A DNA stretch of 60,514 bases, from the NCBI RefSeq assembly GCF_001194135.2, contig NC_068985.1:69798332-69858845 (forward strand), read 5' to 3'. The first letter of the stretch is position 1. The number at the start of each line of letters is the position of its first letter. The position numbers were made by a program, and so were the translations under genes. This document shows positions 52,101 through 60,514 of this stretch, one piece after another. The DNA comes from Octopus bimaculoides (lineage: Eukaryota). Below the pieces are notes generated by a model. It saw only the letters and a list, made by a program, of their open reading frames with translations. It was not told where the DNA came from and did no database searches.

Positions 52101-52547
52101 CTATTCACTACTGAAAATAAAATCTTGTTTTAGCTGCATTTTCTAGCAAATACTTAAACCTTTTTCTGCACATAATCTTACTCTGCGTTTTCGTATTTGT
52201 GTGATCGTTTCAATTCACGTTCGAAGGACAATTATCCCATCTTACATTACATTATGATATAATAAACATTGAATTATTATTGTCTTATGAGGGCATTGTA
52301 TTTTTCTCTTCAGTATATATACTTTCCATAACTATATTTATAATTCATATTTTATGACTATCACTGATTAATACGCTACATTGTAGCAATTATCACTATC
52401 ATATCATTTCAGTTTTCTTAGAAATCATTACGATTAATTTCCTATCTCTTCCACCGATCGATCACATTTCTCAATATTTCTCAATATTTCTCATTTCTCA
52501 ATATTTCTCATTTTACAAATTTTGCTTTCAGAAAACATTTTATTTAC

Positions 52548-52654
52548 CTTTCTGAGACTTGTATAATAATATCCAGTATTTTAGATATAATTTTCTGTCG
52601 AATATTCTCATGCCATTATTGACTTCCAATGGGCCCTCACCACCTTTACTATTA
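52548..52654 (-). CDS. Candidate coding exon of an unidentified gene
   Basis: Acceptor aatcccccag, donor AAG|gtaaat, 107 nt, one open frame: NSKGGEGPLEVNNGMRIFDRKLYLKYWILLYKSQK. Confidence 0.25.
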
Positions 52655-52949
52655 CTGGGGGATTATGATCGACATATACATCCTTCTATAATCTTCTTGA
52701 TGATTATACAAACAATAATTTCGTTCGCTTATTATCACTCATCCGTTCATTTTATTATAATCTACTTGAACAAATTATTTTTATGTATTAACATCTACTT
52801 CGTATTGTAATTTGCATACTACTTTCGATATCCTTGTAAAAAAATAACAATGCTGACTCGTTATTTCGAGTCATTTCTTTCGCTGATTCTAATGGATATG
52901 CATTAACTATTAGAATGTTTTCTCATACGACATATTATTCTTTTATTCC

Positions 52950-53208
52950 TTTACTTCTTTCAGTCATTTGACTGCAGCCATGTTAGGGCACCGTCTTCAA
53001 GGCTCTTAGTCACACAATTCGACACCAGGACTTATTTTTTAAAGCCATGTACTTATTTTATCTGAGTCGTTAACTTCTAAGTTATGCGGACATAAACACA
53101 CAAACATCGTTTGTGAAGCGGTCATGGGGTTCAAGCACAGGCACAAAGATATACATACACACAGATATATACACACACACACACACACACATACACACAC
53201 ACACACAT

Positions 53209-53275
<67 letters not shown>

Positions 53276-53440
53276 CGATGGGCTTCTTTCAGTTTCTGTC
53301 TGCCAAATCCATTCACAAGATTTTGGTCGTACCGAGACTATAGTAGAAAATATTTGCCCAAGGTGACACGTAGTGGGACTGAACCTGGAATCATGTGGTT
53401 GGGAAGCAAGCTTCTTACCACACAGTCACGCCTGCGCCTA
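52950..53440 (-). mobile_element. Family-B SINE with expanded internal (CA)/(TA) microsatellite
   Basis: Head at 53270-53440 aligns with 46740-46905; tail at 52950-53130. Confidence 0.85.
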
Positions 53441-53944
53441 TATATAACTTTATAACTTTTAAAATACCGTGGCTGAATATGAAAACAAAAATTTTAACTC
53501 ATTACGAGTTAGCCGTTTATTGAAACGTTCGTGACCTGCATATATGCAACAATTCTAATACGTCAACTCAAGCCATCCGTCCATACTCATGAATACGTGG
53601 ATACACTTGTTAACACTGATAATGTTAATTCGTTATTTCAAGCAATTTACTTAGGTGATTATAAGTGACAGATAGTAATTATTACAAATTTTTCATACGA
53701 TATACATAAATTTATATATTTTTTACAATCACTTAGCTGAACATGAAAACAACGATGGTAACTCGTCATTAGGAGTCATCCGTTTATGGGATACCAAACA
53801 GCTTATAGAACTTATTACAATTCAGTTAACATACACACGCAAACAAACAACAATTCCTTCTTATCAACACAAGTTATCTGTTCATTATAATGAGTGTTTT
53901 GATATAGACAGTTTCCATATTACATGGATATATAAGATACGAAG

Positions 53945-54135
53945 TTGGCAGAATCGTTGGCACGGCGGACAAAATGCTTAAGGGCATTTTGTCTGTCATT
54001 ACGCTTTGAATTCAAAGACTTTGTCTTTCATTGTTTTGGAGTCGATAACATAAATTCCAGTTGAAAACTCGGGTGGATGTAATCGCCTTCACCCCTCCCC
54101 GGAAACTGCTGATTTTGCGTCAAGATCTGAAACCA
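53945..54135 (+). mobile_element. Family-A tRNA-derived SINE
   Basis: GTTGGCAGAATCGTTGGCACGGCGGACAAAATGCTTAAG...GAATTCAAA...GGAGTCGATA. Confidence 0.8.
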
Positions 54136-54289
54136 ATATCATACGCATAGACACGCACGCGCGCACACACACAAAGCACACACACGCACGCACACACACA
54201 CGCACACACAAACATATACATAGTTACGCACTTATACATCTGTATTTGTATGTATGTATATATACATATATACACATACAAGTCAACTA

Positions 54290-54610
54290 GCCTTTCAGTT
54301 AATGACCCGCATTCAGTCGTGACAGCTTTTGACTGCGAGGCACAAATTTTGCTGCAACTCTTTTCTTTCGTAATTCCGCGTTCAAAATTCGTTGGCAGGA
54401 GCTCCAGGACACACTGGTCATATCAACAAGTTCGTCAAATGTTAGGTGGTCGTTCGACAAGACCAGTTTATGAATTTTGATGGTTTTCATTCGTTCGGGA
54501 GTTCAACAGTCGTCCTTTCGACGTTGGTCTTCAAGCGATAAGTGGCCATACGTAAAGCGGGAAAAACCACTCCTAATCTTGTTTTGCTCATGGCAACGTT
54601 CTTGTTAGCT
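54290..54610 (-). mobile_element. Mariner transposase N-terminal (HTH) fragment
   Basis: MSKTR..EWF.RF...LEDQ.R.GR...; LTFDELVDMTSVSWSSCQRILNAELRKKRVAAKFVPR. Confidence 0.85.
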
Positions 54611-54613
54611 ATT

Positions 54614-55290
54614 TTTAGAGCCATTTGGCATCTATTTGTAGCATGTTGGTGTGGTCAATCCGAACTCTGTAATATAATTTTGTATATAATTATAAATGTA
54701 ATATAAAATGTTACCTACATGGTTTTTTATTTCACGCTGACTACCTGATAAATTCATTAAACTGATTTTATTCTTAATTCTATATAAGGAAAAAGATACA
54801 TATTTTTGCTCTTGATCAAATTGCATTCGCTGCGAGATTACATTGATAAAAATATTTTTGTGGTTGAGATGAGAAGAGAAATTGGATTTTTTACTAGTAC
54901 ATAAGTGCATGTGTATGTATATGGTCGTGCGACTACGATGTTCGTATAGGTATGTATAAATAGTTGTGCGTATATGCTTTGACATATTGTACTGAAGATA
55001 ACAAGATGTTGTCATAACGCTAAGTTTGAAATCGATATACAATTAATCTAAAGGTCTGTTTTTTCTTCTCTCCGATTACAACATGTGCTGCTGGAGTATT
55101 GAGATAGGTTTAGAGCCATTTGGCGTCAATTTTTAGCATGTTCGTGTGGTCAATCAGCACCCTTTAATATAATTATGCATATAATTATAGTTTTACCATA
55201 ACATTTTACCTACAAAGTTTTTATTTCAAGCTGGCCACTAGATAAAATCATTGAAGTAATTTTATCCTCAATTCTATCTAAAGAATATAT
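54614..55290 (-). repeat. Two tandem copies (period ~495 bp) of the unit also found at 57.4-58.5 kb
   Basis: TTTAGAGCCATTTGGC starts at 54614 and at 55109. The reverse complement of 55230-55268 aligns with 57908-57943. Confidence 0.75.
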
Positions 55291-55362
55291 NNNNNNNNNN
55301 NNNNNNNNNNNNNNNNNNNNNNNNNNNNNNNNNNNNNNNNNNNNNNNNNNNNNNNNNNNNNN

Positions 55363-55800
55363 ATACTCCTGGTGAGGGCCGGTTTATGGTGTTACCCTGG
55401 GTTTCCGGTCCATAAAGGGTTTAACTTTCTGGCGTATCGTCAAACTAACAGATCTGTTGGCCTATTACGTCTTTGAAATATGGACGGTAAAAATCTGGAT
55501 TATCTCCCTCTATTGTTAGCTATCAAATTACGCCGGTTCCCAGAAGGCCAGCAGAATCTCCTAAAATGCAAACATGGCTCGAAAATCTCCGTTCAGGAGT
55601 TAAGTATAGCTCCTTGCTTGAGTGAGTCTCTTACGATTCTCGCGCGTTCGGCTATGCATAGCTTGCAGCGTTTCGTTCCGTTGGTGTAGGGGCCTGTGTT
55701 TTCGATGATTTTCCATGAGATCGAGTGTGGAACTCCGTCGTCTTTTAGTCGCCAAACATTACTAGTCAGCGATGTTACGAATCTTGAATGAATTTCCAAT
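55363..55800 (-). mobile_element. Penelope-like element 3' fragment (GIY-YIG C-terminus and UTR)
   Basis: TSLTSNVWRLKDDGVPHSISWKIIENTGPYTNGTKRCKLCIAERARIV...LNS*TEIFEPCLHFRRF. Confidence 0.85.
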
Positions 55801-56490
55801 TCAAACAATATATTAATGTGGAACTGCCAATGCCCACACTGGAGTAACCGATTTTACCAGCAGTAACAACTCCAGTGCCGACACCAACTATATTGGCAAC
55901 AACACCAGTAACAGTAGCAGCGGCGCTGACAGAAGCACCAGAACAAGCTTGACTAATGACACCTCTGGTAGCAGCAGCAGCGCCTACATAACCGACAACA
56001 GTGATAGTATTACCAATGCCTCCACCATCCCCACCTTCGCCAACACCAACAGCCTCGGCTCGTACAACAGCACCGTCGACGGTGACAACAGCACCAACAA
56101 CATCAGTGACATCATCTACAATATCGGCAGCTTTAGTAGCAACATAAACAGGTGCTTTGCCGGCAACACACGCAGGGGCGGTAACATTACCGACGCAACC
56201 ACCTCCTCCAGCCGCACCAACACCAGCAGGCATCAACACCAGAAGCCCCAGATCTATCATCAACACCAGCAACATCATCAGCATGAGCATCATCAATGGC
56301 ATCAACAGTGGAAACAAAATAACCGACGATAGCAGCGAGGGAAACAACATCAACACCAGCAACAGCAGCAACATCGGCGAATGCAATGGCAGAAATGACA
56401 CCGGTAGCAGCATCTACATCAATAGCAGCAACAGCAACAACAGCAGCAGCAGTGGAAAAAACAACAATAATAGGTATACAGCACCGATAT
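55800..56490. repeat. Degenerate (CAR/ACC/GCA) trinucleotide low-complexity spacer
   Basis: Cryptically simple CAA/CAG/CAC-rich sequence between the two inverted PLE fragments. Confidence 0.85.
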
Positions 56491-56499
56491 CGCTCATCC

Positions 56500-57005
56500 A
56501 CAGAAATATACTGATTGTACCGGAAATTCATTCAAGAAACGTTTTTCCAACCATGGATCCTCCTTCACAGTCACGGACGGAGATACTTAACATCATTGGC
56601 CAGCAGCGTTTGACAGCCAAAACGCAACGGAGTTCCACAATCGATCTCATGGAAAATCATGGAAATCCCAGGACTCTATACCAACGGAACGGAACGCTAT
56701 AGGCAATGCATAGCCGATCGCACGAGAATCTTAAGGGACTCACTCGAGTAAAGGGCTATAATTAACTCCAAAACGAAGATTTTCGAGCCATGTTTGCATT
56801 TTAGGAGATTTCTAAAAGATGAACGATAGCAGCTCGACCAGAAGTCGATAGCCATTAGCAAAGGGAGGTAATCAGAACTTTTCCCTCCATATTTTAAACA
56901 GATCATAGAGTAACAGTTCTTGGGGTATGACGATACGCCATACAGTTAATCGTTTTATGGACGGGAAACCCAGGGTAACTCCATAAACCGGCCTTCATCA
57001 TGAAA
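56500..57005 (+). mobile_element. Penelope-like element 3' fragment, inverted relative to 55363-55800
   Basis: KYTDCTGNSFKKRFSNHGSSF (YIG half of GIY-YIG)...SISWKIMEIPGLYTNGT...CIADRTRIL...IFEPCLHFRRF. The UTR matches the left copy. Confidence 0.85.
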
Positions 57006-57064
57006 TTATAGAGACTGCTCTAGATCTCAGAGTGTGCTACTCCTCAGGACTCATGTTTACCTAA

Positions 57065-57144
<80 letters not shown>

Positions 57145-57431
57145 GCACATATGAATGTGTATACATAGTACATACATACATGTGTGTATATATANNNNNN
57201 NNNNNNNNNNNNNNNNNNNNNNNNNNNNNNNNNNNNNNNNNNNNNNNNNNNNNNNNNNNNNNNNNNNNNNNNNNNNNNNNNNNNNNNNNNNNNNNNNNNN
57301 NNNNNNNNNNNNNNNNNNNNNNNNNNNNNNNNNNNNNNNNNNNNNNNNNNNNNNNNNNNNNNNNNNNNNNNNNNNNNNNNNNNNNNNNNNNNNNNNNNNN
57401 NNNNNNNNNNNNNNNNNNATATATATATAAA

Positions 57432-58485
57432 GATGAAATTGTTTAAAGTTTTATCAGTAGTCAGCATATAAAAAGATAGACCTGTTAAGGTAAAATCATA
57501 AATACAATTATAATTAATGGCATACAAAAAATTCTTGCCTATATGCTGGAAGAAGACGTTAAGTCGTCGAACCGCATTAAATATCATCACTATTATTATT
57601 CCACAAGTGTCGAAAATCGAGGGAGAAAGCTAACGGAAATTCATAAAATGGGAACTCCGTATCGGCCTATTTCTGGATTATGCCAAACGTGCTTCCTTCG
57701 TCATTAGAGAATACTGAAGAAATAAATGAATTACTTATACATACCCACAGAAAAGCAAACGCAATGTCATGAATACACATAAGTACCCTGAATATATCCA
57801 TATCGAATTACACATGAGCCTCGTCATGTCTGTAGCCGGTCTAGAATAGCACATTAGTGGCTAGACTGTTCCGAAGTGAATGGGAATTAATTAAATTATA
57901 ATATAACAGGATAAAATTGTTAGAAATTTTATCAGTAGCCAGCATGTAAAAAGATAGACCTATTAAGGTGAAATCATAAATACAATTATAATTAAGGGCA
58001 TACAAAAAATCTTGCCTATATGCTGAAAGGAGACGCTAAATCGTCGAACCACATTGAGCATCATCAGTATCATTATTACACACGTGTCGAAAATCGAGGG
58101 AACAAGCAAACGGAAATTCATAATGTTGAGTTATGTCTTGATCGGCCATTTTCCAGATTAACCCAAAGATTTTTCCTTCGTCGGGAGAGAATAATGAAGA
58201 AATAAACTAAATATTAATGCATACCCACAGGAAAGCAGATACAATGTCATGGATCGATATAAGTATCCCAAATATATCCATATTGGATTCCATAGCAAGC
58301 CTCGACACATGAGCAGCCGGTCAAGCATAGCACGTAAGTGAATTTCTATTCGCTTGCATCCTCGATTCTCGACACGTGTGTAATAATAAAAGTAGTGATA
58401 TTTAATGTGGTTCGACGATTTAGCATTTCTTTTCAGCATATAGACAAGAATTTTCTTCTTTGCTCTTAGTTATAATTGCATATAT
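57432..58485 (+). repeat. Two tandem ~478 bp units (57432-57905, 57909-58335) plus a partial inverted third copy (58339-58485)
   Basis: The two units align over their full length; 58339-58485 is the reverse complement of the unit's interior (GTCGAACCACATT...GTGTCGA). Confidence 0.9.
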
Positions 58486-59570
58486 ATATATAGATATATA
58501 TGTGTGTGTGTGTGTATGTATATAGGTATGTATGTATGTATGTATTTATATATGTATTATTGACCTGTATGCGTATATAAAGGCACATGCATATTTGAAA
58601 ATCGTTTATTTATCCGTTTGTACTTTTGAAAGCTAAATATCTGTATTAATTCATGTACTAGAGGTAAATATGTAAAATCAATTCCGTTATGAATAAATTT
58701 CCATTACGCAAACGGAAGGGTTCAGTAATGTGTGTCTTGCAGGCACAATATTATATATAAATTTGTCATATCTATTCTTTACTTAATTCAAATGAACACA
58801 AGTTTTACAAGCATATTTTGTCATATATGTGTACATATACATGCATATATAGATATACGTACACATGTATATGTTTACATAAAGATATACATACATATAT
58901 ATATNNNNNNNNNNNNNNNNNNNNNNNNNNNNNNNNNNNNNNNNNNNNNNNNNNNNNNNNNNNNNNNNNNNNNNNNNNNNNNNNNNNNNNNNNNNNNNNN
59001 NNNNNNNNNNNNNNNNNNNNNNNNNNNNNNNNNNNNNNNNNNNNNNNNNNNNNNNNNNNNNNNNNNNNNNNNNNNNNNNNNNNNNNNNNNNNNNNNNNNN
59101 NNNNNNNNNNNNNNNNNNNNNNNNNNNNNNNNNNNNNNNNNNNNNNNNNNNNNNNNNNNNNNNNNNNNNNNNNNNNNNNNNNNNNNNNNNNNNNNNNNNN
59201 NNNNNNNNNNNNNNNNNNNNNNNNNNNNNNNNNNNNNNNNNNNNNNNNNNNNNNNNNNNNNNNNNNNNNNNNNNNNNNNNNNNNNNNNNNNNNNNNNNNN
59301 NNNNNNNNNNNNNNNNNNNNNNNNNNNNNNNNNNNNNNNNNNNNNNNNNNNNNNNNNNNNNNNNNNNNNNNNNNNNNNNNNNNNNNNNNNNNNNNNNNNN
59401 NNNNNNNNNNNNNNNNNNNNNNNNNNNNNNNNNNNNNNNNNNNNNNNNTGTGTGTGTGTGTGTGTATGCATATATACGGACACACATGCACACATACATA
59501 TACCCAGCAATGTGTATACATGAGCACATGCACGTATAGACGTACTTTTACACATATATACGCGTGCATG

Positions 59571-59602
<32 letters not shown>

Positions 59603-59781
59603 TACGCATACAGCTTTATATAAATATATACAGAAATATACATTTTAAACATATGTAAATATCTTAATGCATATATGCAGTTCGTATATTTGCACATTTA
59701 AACGTGTGCGTCACTATGTAGTGAGATGATTTGCTCTTTTACATAGATCCTGTTTTTCTGACAATATTTTTCGGAGTGGAG

Positions 59782-59873
59782 TCTTCTTCTTCTTCTTCTT
59801 CTTCTTCTTCTTCTTCTTCTTCTTCTTCTTCTTCTTCTTCTTCTTCTTCTTCTTCTTCTTCTTCTTCTTCCTC

Positions 59874-59939
<66 letters not shown>

Positions 59940-59945
59940 TCCTTG

Positions 59946-59977
<32 letters not shown>

Positions 59978-60004
59978 CTTCTCCGTCTTCTTTTTCTCCT
60001 TATT

Positions 60005-60082
<78 letters not shown>
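59782..60082. repeat. Compound (TCT)n(TAT)n(TCT)n(TAT)n(TAG)n microsatellite
   Basis: Read directly. Confidence 0.98.
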
Positions 60083-60295
60083 TGTTTATTATTCATACAT
60101 CCATGGAGATATTATATTCTGCTTCTCTACAGTGTAATGTTGAATTTTATATAATTATTTCCCTTTTTTACTTCTATATTTACATGAATATTTCTTCAAC
60201 GTTTAAAGTGTAACTACATGAAAATCCTAGAAATATGCTAATTTCATGTATAGAAAGAAAAAAACACGTCGATCTTTGGGTTTAAATTCTTTCAG

Positions 60296-60366
60296 GCTAT
60301 GATATCAGTAAGAATAAATTAGTTAATGCATTGTCTGATCCTAGATTTCACAAAATTCCTTATTTG
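60296..60366 (+). CDS. Candidate coding exon of an unidentified gene
   Basis: Acceptor aaattctttcag, donor TTG|gtaact, one open frame: YDISKNKLVNALSDPRFHKIPYL. Faint resemblance to an ARF-like GTPase helix, not enough to name. Confidence 0.25.
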
Positions 60367-60514
60367 GTAACTGAAAAATTTCCGTCCCTTGGTTTGAACG
60401 AAACATTTCACATGCCACAATTTATTATTAAATGAATGTGTTGTAATCTGTAGAAACTGTTCTGTGGGAGTTATTTCGAAATAATTTGTTAGGCTTCTGT
60501 ATGCTATATTCGAC

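Noticed and set aside
55366-55440. Possible hammerhead in the inverted PLE UTRs (CTGGTGA GGGCCGG here; ATGATGA AGGCCGG in the reverse complement of 56940-57002)
   Set aside because: Neither copy has an intact CUGAUGA, the GAAA and stem III/cleavage site cannot be read, and it would be antisense to the ORF. A family consensus is needed to decide.
55775-56702. Overlapping 212, 127, 181 and 114 aa ORFs on both strands
   Set aside because: They lie in CAA/CAG/CAC-rich low-complexity spacer that lacks stops by composition; the tails overlap PLE remnants.
60296-60366. Naming this candidate exon as an ARF/ARL GTPase
   Set aside because: No G1, G3 or NKxD motif exons were found in the window, and the similarity is too short.

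Overview
AT-rich, repeat-dense animal genomic DNA from a draft assembly with about 13 N-gaps, nearly all flanked by (TA)n/(CA)n/(TC)n microsatellites. The tRNA-derived SINEs, trinucleotide microsatellites and LINE mix resemble an octopus/cephalopod genome (inference, not tested). I could not identify an intact host gene; there are only low-confidence candidate exons. The window is mostly decayed mobile DNA: four R4/Dong-like RLE retrotransposon pieces, four Tx1/L1-like pieces, two RTE LINEs, several Penelope-like element (PLE) remnants, two Tc1/mariner fragments and at least three SINE families. Almost all ORFs in the supplied track are artefacts of microsatellites, N-runs or antisense TE frames. 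Top observations: (1) a complete type I hammerhead ribozyme (2127-2214) at the 3' end of a badly decayed PLE, plus a degenerate second one at 373-418; (2) a ~3.9 kb mirror-symmetric structure (54.6-58.5 kb) of inverted PLE ends and ~480-495 bp tandem units; (3) Tx1-like elements that keep ORF1 and the 3' end but lack most or all of ORF2 (HAL1-like); (4) a chimeric R4/Dong element; (5) an RTE with an inverted 5' half. All translations and alignments were done by eye, and TE boundaries are approximate.
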